This document shows, in pieces, positions 35,812 through 46,700 of a DNA stretch of 64,000 nt (position 1 is the first letter of the stretch; every line of letters starts with the position of its first letter). Source of the stretch: an uncultured Methanosarcinales archaeon. GTDB taxonomy: Archaea > Nanobdellota > Nanobdellia > Woesearchaeales > GW2011-AR15. The translations under genes and the position numbers were made by a program. A model generated the notes under the pieces. That model ran no database searches and was not told where the DNA came from. It worked only from the letters and a program-made list of their open reading frames with translations. The stretch covers positions 3,637 to 67,636 of the forward strand of contig CAYTWW010000010.1 of assembly GCA_964441565.1 (NCBI GenBank). Reading direction: 5' to 3'.

Positions 35812-35822
35812 CTTTTTAAAGG
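35812..35822 (-). promoter_or_regulatory. TATA-like box (CTTTAAAAAG on the minus strand) about 28 nt upstream of the tRNA-Glu 5' end
   Basis: The minus strand reads ggaacCTTTAAAAAGaggacgagtttccaagaagtgact|GGCUCGG. Confidence 0.4.
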
Positions 35823-35835
35823 TTCCTACAAAAAA

Positions 35836-36395
35836 TTAGCGTCTGAATGCCTGGGTCAGGAGATCGGATCTCGTCACGACACCCATTGATGATCCCTTGC
35901 CGCGGACAATGATGATCGGATACTGCCTAAGAAGAGCTGCGATAGTCTCAGTATCAGTCTCCGGAGGAATGATAGGAGGAGCTCCTTCCATGACTTCTGA
36001 TACTACCGCATCTTTATCAAGACCCGACATAAGAGATTCCAGGAGGATGCTCTCACTGACATAGCCGAGCACCTTCCCACCTTCAGCAACAGGAAGCTGT
36101 GAGATCCCATGCTTGCGCATCACTTCGATAGCATGTTTTATATCGCTACCTGGACTTATGGTTATCATGTTCTGGTTCATGATATCCCTAGCTTTTATGC
36201 CAGATTTCTGCTCAAGCTGCCTCAATGTAGAGAAAAGTTTCATGGCATTGGTATAGGAAGGATCAAGCTTCCCAGATTCGACCTTAGCGATGAGAGACTG
36301 GGAGACACCGCTCCTCGCCGCCAGGTCAGATTGCGTAAGTCCAAGCTTCTTTCGAAGCAGCTTTATCATCAAGAGGTCATCCATCAAACCAACCA
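35836..36395 (-). CDS. HTH (XRE) + CBS-pair domain regulator (start moved to internal Met MVGLMDD)
   Basis: [29 protein letters not shown] followed by two CBS motifs. The sequence AAAACATATATATT lies 10-20 nt upstream of the chosen ATG. This suggests a TATA box and a leaderless mRNA. Confidence 0.7.
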
Positions 36396-36505
36396 TAGAG
36401 ACTGAATATATATGTTTTACCCTAATTCGGATAAGAATATTTCTATCAACAAGCTTTTTATTGGATCCGCAAGATGGACATCTAAAAACAAAGGAGGCGG
36501 TCAAT
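36396..36505. promoter_or_regulatory. divergent promoter region between the HTH-CBS regulator and metK (TATA on one side, SD AAAGGAGG + TTG start on the other)
   Basis: Seen directly: atatatat adjacent to the regulator ATG. aaaggaggcggtcaaTTG precedes the MetK reading frame. Confidence 0.45.
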
Positions 36506-37693
36506 TTGAGCGTATTTAGGAAAGGAAAAGTGTTTTTCACATCTGAGAGCGTCGGCCCAGGACATCCAGACAAGGTCTGCGACCAGGTCAGCGATGCGAT
36601 ACTTGATGCAATCTACAAGGAAGATCCGAGCGCAAGGGTCGCGATCGAATGCCTGACAAAGACAGGTTCACTGATGGTCGCAGGAGAAGTCACGACTTCG
36701 ACCTATGTCGAGATCCAGGATATCGCGAGGAAGACAATCAGGGATATCGGGTATAGCGACCCCTCCTTCGGATTCGACGGCGATACATGCGGAGTATGGG
36801 TCAATATTTCCAAGCAGAGCCCAGATATCGCCCAGGGGGTGAATGAGTTCGAGAAGCATGAGCAGGGAGCAGGAGATCAGGGCATGATGTTCGGATTTGC
36901 CACAAATGAGACAAAGGAACTGATGCCTCTCCCGATAATCATGGCACACAAGCTTGTCCACAAGATAACTGAGCTCAGGGAAGGAAGAGTGCTGAAATAT
37001 CTAAGGCCTGATTCAAAGTCGCAAGTCACTGTCGAATACCATGATGGCAAGCCGAAGAGGATAGACAATGTCGTAGTCGCTGTGCAGCACAATCCAGATG
37101 TAGAGCTTGATGTCCTCAGACAGGATATCATCAAGCAGGTCATAAGACCTATCTGCGGCGATTGGATAGATGATAAGACCCAATTCTATGTGAATGGCAC
37201 AGGAAGGTTCGTCGTCGGAGGACCAGTGGCTGACGCTGGTGTCACAGGAAGGAAGATCATCGTCGACACATATGGTGGCATGGGAAGGCATGGAGGAGGA
37301 GCCTTCTCTGGAAAAGACCCTTCCAAGGTCGACAGGAGCGGTGCATATTTCGGAAGGTATGTCGCCAAGAACATCGTGGCTGCAGGGCTTGCTGATGTGT
37401 GCGAGGTGCAGGTCTCATACTGCATCGGAGTGGCAAAGCCCATGTCTGTGCTTGTCGAGACATTCGGCACAAGCAAGATTCCTGAGGAGCAGATAGCAAA
37501 GCTTGTCGAGAAGAACTTCGATTTCAGGCCAGCTAGGATCATCGAGCACCTGAAGCTGAGGAGACCTATCTACAAGAAGACTGCTGCCTATGGACACTTC
37601 GGACGTGACGATCCGGATTTCACCTGGGAGTATACTGACAAGGCAGCAGAGCTCAGGAAGCAGGCAGGTCTGCCTGTGAAACTACCGAATTAG
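36506..37693 (+). CDS. metK: S-adenosylmethionine synthetase, bacterial/eukaryal MetK type (TTG start)
   Basis: [26 protein letters not shown] is the MetK N-terminal signature. The ORF-track frame begins 72 codons earlier, but an SD plus TTG gives the canonical N-terminus. Confidence 0.9.
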   Translation: MSVFRKGKVFFTSESVGPGHPDKVCDQVSDAILDAIYKEDPSARVAIECLTKTGSLMVAGEVTTSTYVEIQDIARKTIRDIGYSDPSFGFDGDTCGVWVNISKQSPDIAQGVNEFEKHEQGAGDQGMMFGFATNETKELMPLPIIMAHKLVHKITELREGRVLKYLRPDSKSQVTVEYHDGKPKRIDNVVVAVQHNPDVELDVLRQDIIKQVIRPICGDWIDDKTQFYVNGTGRFVVGGPVADAGVTGRKIIVDTYGGMGRHGGGAFSGKDPSKVDRSGAYFGRYVAKNIVAAGLADVCEVQVSYCIGVAKPMSVLVETFGTSKIPEEQIAKLVEKNFDFRPARIIEHLKLRRPIYKKTAAYGHFGRDDPDFTWEYTDKAAELRKQAGLPVKLPN

Positions 37694-37706
37694 ATCTTTT
37701 TTTTCT

Positions 37707-37961
37707 TTATCCTACTTCTTCGCCGCACTTGTTCTTCTCGCAGTATCTTTCTTTCGCTTCCAGGAAAGGAAGTGGACGCACAATTGTTGTCGAGGAGTCT
37801 CCTTCCTCCAGCTCCTCGACCCTCTTCTCCTGTCTCGCAATCCTTGCTATAGCTTCTTCCTGTTCCCTCGTCAGCTCAGCGTCCTTCCATCGGAAGCTTC
37901 GTTTCCTGGGCATCATACCTGCTGATGAGTTCGGCTGGATTAAAACAGGATGCCTTTCCAC
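37707..37961 (-). CDS. small Glu/Arg-rich hypothetical protein (84 aa)
   Basis: A coiled-coil-like segment REQEEAIARIARQEKRVEELEE. The opposite-strand ORF here is Ser-rich, the usual antisense signature of Glu-rich coding sequence. Confidence 0.3.
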   Translation of the reverse strand: MERHPVLIQPNSSAGMMPRKRSFRWKDAELTREQEEAIARIARQEKRVEELEEGDSSTTIVRPLPFLEAKERYCEKNKCGEEVG

Positions 37962-37989
37962 AATAAGTGCAATCTATAAAACAGCGCCC

Positions 37990-38535
37990 ATGCAAGGTAG
38001 AAAGATGGTGCGCATCACAGCAAGGGAGATCGCAGGCATCCTCCTACTGGGAGTCTTCTACCTGATGAGCAGGAGCTTGTTCCTCTTCTCGGCGCTCACT
38101 GCCGCTTCAGGGATATTCGCATATTACCATTCAAGGTTCAACAGGACCCCTTTCGATTTCAAGCTCGCGCTGCTGTTCGGCCTGTTCATAGCACGCCACT
38201 ACGGCCTGGGATACACAGTGCTGTTCCTCTTTATAAGCGACATTGTTCCTTCGCTCCTGGGCGGAGCATCGATAGGAGGGCCAAGCGTCTTCTTCTGGGC
38301 ATGGTACTTCATCATCAATGCGGTTTCCCTCCTGTTCCCCAATACTTCGCTTGTGCTGCTTGGACCGCTCCTTGTCCTGCTAGAGGCAGTGGGATCTTAT
38401 TTCATAACAGTCATCATCGGAGGGACACCGGGACCGATGGCTATCGCGATAAGCACGGTGACAGTCCTCATCAGGATCGTATACTTCACAACGCTGGGGA
38501 ATCTGCTAGAATTTGTCTTCAGGTTGGCGACGTAG
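37990..38535 (+). CDS. polytopic membrane protein (start at internal Met MQGRKM, 181 aa)
   Basis: Five to six TM helices. The 5' 87 codons of the track ORF are antisense to the small minus ORF and were discarded. Confidence 0.5.
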   Translation: MQGRKMVRITAREIAGILLLGVFYLMSRSLFLFSALTAASGIFAYYHSRFNRTPFDFKLALLFGLFIARHYGLGYTVLFLFISDIVPSLLGGASIGGPSVFFWAWYFIINAVSLLFPNTSLVLLGPLLVLLEAVGSYFITVIIGGTPGPMAIAISTVTVLIRIVYFTTLGNLLEFVFRLAT

Positions 38536-39265
38536 GATCACAGAGCTTGATCTCGATCTCACCGAAGTGCTCCTCCTGCAGGAGGTCTATCTTCCTCTGG
38601 TTATCAAGATGCAGGAGCGGGACGAATGTGTAGACCTTGTCGAGCTTTGACTCGGATGGCAGAAGCGTATTCATCGTCAGCTTGCCGGAGACTTTTTTCT
38701 TGAAGAAGTCGACGACCTGCGAATATATATCTTTTATCACAAGAGACATGTCCCTCCCTTTCTCAGGGATAAGGACTGTCGGGGCATTGTTTACATAGAC
38801 CTTTCTCCTACCTGAGACCTCAAGGGCCTTTTCGAGGGCGTTGACAAGATCGAAGACCGAGACTTTCCTCTTCCTTGGCTGAGGGGTCCTCGGGAAGATC
38901 TGAGGCTTCTCTGAAAGGTTCAGATTCTCATCCAGGGGTTGGTAGTCAAGCATCTCCTCATAGAATTCATCCGGTTCTGCTGAATTCATGCTTGCGATAA
39001 GCGTGTCAAGTCCATTGATATCCTCCTCCATGAGCCTTGTGGACTTCATCTTCAGGAGGATTGCGCTCGCCAGGATGACCTTGCCAGAGATGCGGAGATC
39101 CATCTCCTTCATCATCTTGAGCTTCTGCATGAATTTCTTTGCTATAAGAGCAATGTCTACATCCCAAGGATCCATCTGCTCGCTCTTGACAAGCTCATAA
39201 ATTATCGCCTGCCAGGTTATCTCATCCTTGTTGAACAGCAGGTCGAATATCTGTTGTTGTTCCAT
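38519..39265 (-). CDS. scpA: segregation and condensation protein A (kleisin)
   Basis: IFDLLFNKDEITWQAIIYELVKSEQMDPWDVDIALIAKKFMQ resembles the ScpA N-terminal domain. Length 248 aa. Confidence 0.6.
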   Translation of the reverse strand: MEQQQIFDLLFNKDEITWQAIIYELVKSEQMDPWDVDIALIAKKFMQKLKMMKEMDLRISGKVILASAILLKMKSTRLMEEDINGLDTLIASMNSAEPDEFYEEMLDYQPLDENLNLSEKPQIFPRTPQPRKRKVSVFDLVNALEKALEVSGRRKVYVNNAPTVLIPEKGRDMSLVIKDIYSQVVDFFKKKVSGKLTMNTLLPSESKLDKVYTFVPLLHLDNQRKIDLLQEEHFGEIEIKLCDPTSPT

Positions 39266-39438
39266 TTGTCAGTATATTAAAACGTATACCTGTATATAAA
39301 TATTTTGCTATATTGACGCCAGGGAAAATGTGATCCTCCCTCCCGATAATATCCTTCATTGCTATCATCAGGAATTAATAAAGGTTTTGAATGGGAATCG
39401 AGACCAAGTAGAAATAAAGAAGATAAAATCGGGAAGAG

Positions 39439-40167
39439 CTATCTCTTCCCAAAGTTGAAATGCTGCATCAGATCCACCCTTGGAAGCTCCTGCCTCTGGA
39501 CAGGTTCTGGCTTAGGCGGTTCTGGCGCTGCAACAGGCGCAGGCTTCTCCTCCTCGAGATCAAGGATGAACTCGTCGGTAGGAGCCGCTGGTATAGACTT
39601 CACCTCTTCTTCCCTGGGCGCCTGCTCCTTGTCTAGATAGACGAAATCGATGTCTTTTGTGCTCTCGTTTATGTTCTCTGCACTTGTCGTGGTCTGCTGC
39701 GGCTTGTCTTCATAGACTCGCTCGGCATCGGCATCCATGAGCTCTTTGAGAGAAGTATCGCTATCAAGGTCGATAGTCAGGATTTCCGAGTTCTGCATCA
39801 TAGACTTGTGTTCCCTCTCAATCGCTACTGGCTCCACAACTGGGGCTGCAGGAGCAACAGGTTGGACTACGGTTGGCTGTGCGACCGGCACCTCTGTTGC
39901 TATAGGTTTTCTGTACCCGCTGACAGGGACATAGAAATCCTTCTTTGAAAAATCTGTCTTGGCTATGATGTCATCGATCTCAGCCTTATAGCTCTTCTTC
40001 TCCAGGCCTTTGTCGATCTGATTCCTCCTGGTATCAAAATCAGTCGTGACCTTCTTCTCAGTATGCATGATGCTCTGAGCCATCCTGACTGCTTCGCTGG
40101 CGCTTGCTGCAAGCCCTGACCGTCTTAGTGTGTCTGCTAGGCTGTTCATGTCCTGGTATCCTGCCAT
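39439..40167 (-). CDS. hypothetical Pro/Ala-rich protein (242 aa)
   Basis: PVAPAAPVVEPVA and PAPVAAPEPPKPEPV low-complexity linkers. No enzymatic motif. Confidence 0.45.
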   Translation of the reverse strand: MAGYQDMNSLADTLRRSGLAASASEAVRMAQSIMHTEKKVTTDFDTRRNQIDKGLEKKSYKAEIDDIIAKTDFSKKDFYVPVSGYRKPIATEVPVAQPTVVQPVAPAAPVVEPVAIEREHKSMMQNSEILTIDLDSDTSLKELMDADAERVYEDKPQQTTTSAENINESTKDIDFVYLDKEQAPREEEVKSIPAAPTDEFILDLEEEKPAPVAAPEPPKPEPVQRQELPRVDLMQHFNFGKR

Positions 40168-40293
40168 ATCATATCCTCCAAATACTATGTAAAAAATATA
40201 TCAGTATACTAAATCACACACTGGTATATAAAGATTATGGTTAGATAGGGTCCAGGATTCTAGACACTCTGGACAGTCGGACTACAAGGAACA

Positions 40294-41571
40294 TCAAAAA
40301 GGATCGATCTTGTATTCATACATATCCTGCAGCGACTCGCCGCAATGCATATTATAGATGGCTTTTGCAAGAAGACGCTCTGTCGGCAGCTGCTGGAACC
40401 AGGGGTTCTGGATAAGGAACTCAGCAGAGTGCGGTATTGTGTTCCCTGCGATGACCTTCTCAAGCTTCCCACGTCCTCCGTCATATCTTGAAGAGAAATT
40501 CTTCACCGCATCTCCTGCCAGCTTTGCATGAGGAGCCATGATCATGCCTCCCAACGCACCTTTCTCCATGGCCAGATCAAATATCTTGCAGGCAGTCCCA
40601 CCTGTATCTATCTCATCGTCTATGAGTATGACATAGGCATCCTTGAATTCTCCCAGGAGCATAACATTCTCGATAACATCCTTCTTTGTATAGCTCCGGA
40701 CCTTGTACCCCATACCCATCGTCTTCTGCATGATGTCCGCATATCTCTGGACCAATTTTCCTGCTCCAGGATCTGGCGCGATGAAGACTATATCCTTATG
40801 CTTAGGCATCACATTGTGCTTGATGTAGTCGACAAACTCTGGCAGGAAGTAGATAGCTTCCATCGTCAACCCTCTGGCCATGCCCCGGATCGCACCTGTA
40901 TGCAGGTCCAATGAAAGAGTATCCTCTGCTCCTGCAGAGACAAGCTGGTCAAGGAACAGCCGCGCAGCGATAGGTTCCCTCCCTGTCGGCCTATCGCTCC
41001 TGGCAAACGGGAAGTATGGGAGCACTGCATTGATATGCCCAGCTATGGAATCCTTCAAGGTACGTATCGCCAGGATCGTATTAAGGACTTGATTGGCGAA
41101 AGAGTGATTGGCTGAATCCCTATAGACAGAGATGACGCTCTCTGCTAACTGCTCTTCCAGATTCTCGATATGATGCTCGCTGGCAAAACCGCTGATCAGA
41201 TCTGCAAGTTGGCCCTCAATAGATTCTGAGATGCTTGGATTGTGTATCTGCGCTATCAGGAAAGCATCTTCATACCTTACGCTCTGCTTGAGCCTGAAGG
41301 TCCTCTCAGAATCCTTGAAAAGACGATACTCGAGGTCGCTTGGCCTGATGCCCCCTTCTCGCTGGAACTGGCGCCATAACTCATATTCTTCGCGCTCGTG
41401 CTCATCTAGAATGCCCAAGGCATACTTCATCGTAAGCTTCGCCTTTCCCAATACCCCCGGCGCTAGCTGCTCAATACGCAGATCAGAATAGGCTTTCAGC
41501 TCGCGGCAGATATTCTCTGCATAAGTGACATTCTCAGGTAGACTGAATACTCTGAGCTGGCCTCTCTTCAT
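40294..41571 (-). CDS. prs: ribose-phosphate pyrophosphokinase-like protein with ~100-aa insertion (425 aa)
   Basis: AYVILIDDEIDTGGTACK is the PRPP-binding loop. IVFIAPDPGAGK and SLDLHTG match Prs blocks. The protein is about 110 aa longer than canonical Prs. Confidence 0.6.
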   Translation of the reverse strand: MKRGQLRVFSLPENVTYAENICRELKAYSDLRIEQLAPGVLGKAKLTMKYALGILDEHEREEYELWRQFQREGGIRPSDLEYRLFKDSERTFRLKQSVRYEDAFLIAQIHNPSISESIEGQLADLISGFASEHHIENLEEQLAESVISVYRDSANHSFANQVLNTILAIRTLKDSIAGHINAVLPYFPFARSDRPTGREPIAARLFLDQLVSAGAEDTLSLDLHTGAIRGMARGLTMEAIYFLPEFVDYIKHNVMPKHKDIVFIAPDPGAGKLVQRYADIMQKTMGMGYKVRSYTKKDVIENVMLLGEFKDAYVILIDDEIDTGGTACKIFDLAMEKGALGGMIMAPHAKLAGDAVKNFSSRYDGGRGKLEKVIAGNTIPHSAEFLIQNPWFQQLPTERLLAKAIYNMHCGESLQDMYEYKIDPF

Positions 41572-41858
41572 GCTAGAAACACCCCTGGATGATCCTGGAA
41601 GGATTAATATAAAAATGTTACTATTGGGAAGTGGAATTAGGTATGTAGAAACCCTCAGATCGACATAGTAGGATCACTTGATGTTGTTCTTGGAATCACC
41701 TGCTATGAGAAGCTGAGGTGGGACTAATATGATTATCAGATTAGCCTAAGGGAGGACTCTTTGAGAGAACGCAGACAGGTATACTTTGGTATAAGTCCTG
41801 CACTATTGGGCCTGGGACAACATCGATTTTATAAATTAGAAGTTTTGCCTCAACGATC

Positions 41859-42521
41859 ATGGGAGATCTATATATTGCAGATGGCGGTTCAACTACAGGG
41901 AAGACCAGCACACTTGAATATCTGAGGGATCATCATTGGATCAGCATGGTGCCTGAAGGCTCAAGGGAATTGTGGGGCGAGCCACTGGAAGGAATTCAGC
42001 CAGGCGAATGGGTTCCGAAGCTTGTCAATGCATTCTTTTCTGCCTACGACCCTTCAGCACCCGCTGTTGATAAAGAAGCCTCCAGACTACTGTCTGTATT
42101 CTGGGGCAATTATTTTCTTGCGACAAAGATCAAATATTTTGATTCATTCCAGGCTAGCGGCTCTCCATTTGGCATATCGGACAAGGGCCTTCCTGAGGTT
42201 GCTCTCAACACACCTCAACAGCTAAATCAGGCACAATCATTCAGAGATTTTCCTCTTAGACTTGATGGAGAGATCTTAAAAGAAGCTATGAGCAGGCAGT
42301 ATCCGAGAACAATGTTCTTTTTCGAGATGCTTCCTCTTGAGTACTTTCCCGATGGAAAGTGGCCAAGGCCAGAGATCCCGCGCGACAAAGTAACAGGTTA
42401 TCATGAAGGCATAAGAACTTTCTACCAGCAGCAAGGATATAGATTGATCTCTGTACAGCCAGGCACGCTGGAGGAAAGAGCAGAGTTCATCGTCCAACAG
42501 CTTGACAACTTAAGAGCATAG
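41859..42521 (+). CDS. P-loop NTPase (AAA_28/NadR-kinase-like)
   Basis: ADGGSTTGKTST Walker A at the N-terminus. Its stop is immediately followed by the ATG of the next gene. Confidence 0.55.
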   Translation: MGDLYIADGGSTTGKTSTLEYLRDHHWISMVPEGSRELWGEPLEGIQPGEWVPKLVNAFFSAYDPSAPAVDKEASRLLSVFWGNYFLATKIKYFDSFQASGSPFGISDKGLPEVALNTPQQLNQAQSFRDFPLRLDGEILKEAMSRQYPRTMFFFEMLPLEYFPDGKWPRPEIPRDKVTGYHEGIRTFYQQQGYRLISVQPGTLEERAEFIVQQLDNLRA

Positions 42522-43415
42522 ATGGGAAAAGCATTTGTCTTCCGAGATCCTTCTGTCTCGGATTTCCTACTGCAGTACTATCGTGATGTCAGCGTGAAAT
42601 TCTGTGAGTTCATGAATCTTCCATTCTCGCCTGATGATATCTCGCTTGATCTACCTACAAAGACGCTTACGCTCCATGAAGGCTTCCCTACCGCTGAATA
42701 CCATCATTACGGACCTGATTTCTCACCATTTATCCTGGGACAGCTTGATACACAAGGGATCGAATCGTTGCTTGAAGAAGAGCAGAGGAGACGAGAAGCA
42801 ATAGATATTGTTTCAGGATTTGATAAAGCATATCAGTCCATTACAGACTACAGGGGGTTGTGTCTTGACTTCATGATCCCCCACCAATACCTACGATCCT
42901 TAGCAAAAAGAGTTGCTCCTGCAATAGGTGAAGAAGAATCAGAAGTGCTGAGAGCAATACTTGGTCCTTCTAACGGATTCACGGTCTATGGAAATTATCT
43001 TCAGTCAATGAATCTGCTTGCTCTCAAGCATTCAAAAGGCCACGAAGTGCTTGGAACCTATAGACGGCATGTGCTTCCCTTGATAACAGACGATCTTCAC
43101 TTGGAAGATCCCTCAAAGTATTCGAAGATGGCGATGCAAGAAGAGATTGACAAACATTGCGCAGGTTTGCCTCCTGAGGTAGCGTCATTTAACCTCCGGA
43201 GATGCAGGTACCTTTTCCAACAGAGCGCTAGATCGACTGACCTGATGAAGGAACGTTTGATAGCTGGGATGTCTGGACTGTACTCTCAGGAAGAAACCGG
43301 AAAAGCAGCGGCGATACTGAAATTCACAGGCCAGGCAGTCTCCTTCAATGAGCTTAGCACATTCTACAAGAACAGGCTGGTTTATGAAAAGCTGCGCCAT
43401 ATCGGAATTGTGTGA
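42522..43415 (+). CDS. hypothetical protein co-transcribed with the P-loop NTPase (297 aa)
   Basis: Adjacent TAG-ATG junction. No recognisable motif. Confidence 0.5.
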   Translation: MGKAFVFRDPSVSDFLLQYYRDVSVKFCEFMNLPFSPDDISLDLPTKTLTLHEGFPTAEYHHYGPDFSPFILGQLDTQGIESLLEEEQRRREAIDIVSGFDKAYQSITDYRGLCLDFMIPHQYLRSLAKRVAPAIGEEESEVLRAILGPSNGFTVYGNYLQSMNLLALKHSKGHEVLGTYRRHVLPLITDDLHLEDPSKYSKMAMQEEIDKHCAGLPPEVASFNLRRCRYLFQQSARSTDLMKERLIAGMSGLYSQEETGKAAAILKFTGQAVSFNELSTFYKNRLVYEKLRHIGIV

Positions 43416-43716
43416 CAAGGGCTGGGTTCAGCCATAGTATTATTTCGAAACTTCGGGAATTACAAAAGCTTCAGTCTGGCGATCATTGCAGCCCCTTTAT
43501 GCGGCTTGAAGAATGCAGCATTTACTTCAAATAGCTAGACAACATCAAGAAGTAGTAGCCTGCAGGCCCGAATCACATAGTGCCTTCAAGGCACACTCAC
43601 GGCCTAAGAATACTTGCAGAACCAAATATGATGCATAGCAAATGTCTTTCTTTGTCCTTTCCCCAAAATATTTAATAAACCTCATATACCTATTCTCTCT
43701 TTTGTGAGGGTAAGAA

Positions 43717-46700
43717 ATGCAGAAATACGATCCTAATCAGATAGAGAAGCAGATACTTGAGTTCTGGAACAAGAACAGCATACATGCGAAAGCTCAGGAG
43801 AAGAACTCCGGGAATGAAAGATTCTATTTCCTTGATGGTCCTCCGTATACATCAGGCAAGGTCCATATCGGGACAGCATGGAACAAGAGCCTCAAGGACA
43901 TAGTCCTCAGGTACAAGCGCATGCAGGGCTTCGATGTCTGGGACAGGGCAGGATATGACATGCATGGCCTCCCGACCGAGGGAAGGGTCCAGAAGAAGCT
44001 GGGCATGAAGAGCAAGGAGGAGATCCTCCAGTATGGGATGGACAGGTTCATCAATGACTGCAAAGACTTCGCTGTAGGCAATCTCAAGATGATGAACGAG
44101 GATTTCAAGCGCCTCGGCGTCTGGATGGATTTCGAGAACGCATACCAGACCATCAAGAACGAGTATATCGAAGGGACATGGTGGCTTGTCAAGAAAGCCC
44201 ATGAGAAGGGAAGGCTCTACGAGGGACAGAAGACCATGACCTGGTGCTCGTCATGCCAGACTGCCCTTGCCAAGCACGAGCTTGAATACAAGAATGTCAC
44301 TGACAAATCGATCTTCGTCAAGTTCAAGGTCAAGGGGAAGGAGAATGAATTCCTCGTCATCTGGACAACTACTCCGTGGACAATCCCATTCAACCTGGCT
44401 GTGATGGTGCATCCAGAGCTTGATTACATAAGAGCAAAGGTCGGAGAGGAAGTCTGGATCGTGTCGAAGGTCCTTGCTGGAGGACTCATCTCAGGTGTAG
44501 TCGGCGAGAAGTTCGAGGTGCTCGAAGAGTTCCCTGGCGAGAAGCTTGAGGGAGTGCATTATGAGCACCCGATGGAGGACCTTTTCCATGATGACTATGA
44601 GAAAATCAGGAAGAAGTCGCCAAAGGCGCATTCTGTGATACTTTCAAGCGAGTATGTGGACCTCTCTGCAGGAACAGGCCTTGTGCACTGCGCACCTGGC
44701 TGCGGTCCTGAGGATTACGAGGTGGGACACAGGGAAGGGATAGCTCCTTACAATTCCCTCGATGAATCTGGCGTGTTCCCTTCAGACATACCTGTCTTCG
44801 CATCTAAGAAGGCGAAGAAGGATGACCAGGCTTTCATAGACGAGCTTGAGAAGAGAGGAGCGATCGTCGCCATAACAGAGGTCGAGCACGATTATGCGCA
44901 CTGCTGGAGATGCAAGGAGCCTGTCATCTACAGGACGACGACTCAGTGGTTCTTCAGGATCGAGGACCTTATCCCGAGGATGAGGGAACTCAATGGCGAA
45001 TCATATTGGGTGCCTGACTGGGCTGGCAAGAACCAGTTCGATTCATGGCTAAAGAACCTGAGGGACAATGGCATCACAAGGCAGAGATTCTGGGGAAGCC
45101 CGCTTCCTGTCTGGCAGTGCAGGAAGTGCAAAGAGATAACAGTTGTCGAATCCAGGAAAGAACTCAAGGAACTGGGCGCAAGCCATATCCCAGAGGATAT
45201 ACACAAGCCATGGATCGATGATGTGACGCTTCCTTGCAAGTGCGGAGAGAAGATGGAGAGGATCCCGGACATCATGGATGTATGGATCGATGCAGGAACT
45301 GCATCCTGGTCATGCCTTGACTTCCCTCTGAAAAAGGATTTGTTCGATGCGCTCTATCCAGCTGACTTCATCCTTGAAGGCAAGGACCAGATCAGGGGAT
45401 GGTTCAATCTGCTCTTCGTCGCGAGCATGCTTGCTATGGAGAATATGAGTTTCAAGAAATGCTACATGCATGGCTTCATCAATGATGCCCAAGGGAGGAA
45501 GATGTCAAAATCCCTAGGGAACACCATCTCGCCATACGAGGTCATCGACAAGCTCGGCGCAGATGCGTTCAGGTATTATGCTATCTCTGGCGCAAATCCA
45601 GGACTTGACCTGAATTACAACATGGAAGACTGCGAGCTCAAGAGGAGGAACCTTGAGATCCTATGGAACCTGTTCAAGTTCACGACAGACATGGCCCAGA
45701 CTCTTGGAGTCAATCCAGAGGAACTGCCTGAAAGCATCCTCGACAATGCTCAGGAGGAAGAGAGGTTCATGCTCTCAAAGCTCAACAGCACCATCAAGAA
45801 AGCGACAGAGATGATGGATGCATATTACCTTGAGAAGGTCCCTATCGTCATCGAGGACCTCTTCCTCAGCCTTTCGAGGACATATATCCAGATGGTCAGG
45901 GAAAAGGCATCCTCAGATGATGATGACGAGAAGAAGCTTGTCCTCTATGTGACTTATCATGTGCTTCTTGACACATTGAAGATGTTCTCTATAGTCGCGC
46001 CATTCATCTGCGAAGAGATCTATCTGAGATTGAAGGAGCTTTATGGCCTGAAAGAGGAGTCCATACACCTCAACGCATGGCCAAAATCTGACGACTCGAG
46101 GATCGACACTGAATTGGAAGCCAACATCGAAGTGATGAAGTCTGTTATGCAGGCGATCTACAATGCCCGCGAGAAATCTCAGCTTGGAGCAAGATGGCCT
46201 GTCAAGCTTGTCACTATCGCCTCAAAGGATGAATCCACAAGGAAGTCTGTCAAGGCTCTCGAGGATGCTATCAAGAAACAGGCGAATGTAAAGGAGATCG
46301 TCATAACAGAGGAATTCAAGGATGCTGAGACTAAGGTCAAGGCCAACTTCAAGACAATCGGCCCTGATTTCGGCCAGGACACGCCGAAGGTGATCGCTGC
46401 TCTCGCTGGAGAGAATGATTCATCGATCGTCGAGAGGCTTCAGAAGGGCGGCGGCAAGTTCGACCTCATCGTCTCTGGCAAGAAAGTTGTCGTGAAGGAA
46501 TCGCACCTTGTCCTTGAGAAGATAGTCCCACAGAACCTGGAAGCAAGCCCTTTCAGGACAGGCGAGATCTTCCTTGACAAGGAGAGGAGCAGGGATCTTG
46601 TGGCTGAAGGATTCGCAAGAGAAGTCGTCAGGAGGGTCCAGAGCGCAAGGAAGACAGCGGGACTCACAAAGACCCAGCAGATAGACCTGAATATCCAGGC

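Noticed and set aside
36290-36505. Upstream 72 codons of the metK track ORF (MRDWETPLL...)
   Set aside because: It overlaps the divergent regulator gene. A strong SD plus TTG gives the canonical MetK N-terminus (SVFRKGK...[10 protein letters not shown]).
37729-37989. 5' portion of the plus-strand 268-aa ORF
   Set aside because: Ser-rich antisense signature. An internal Met at 37990 with hydrophobic start gives a sensible membrane protein.
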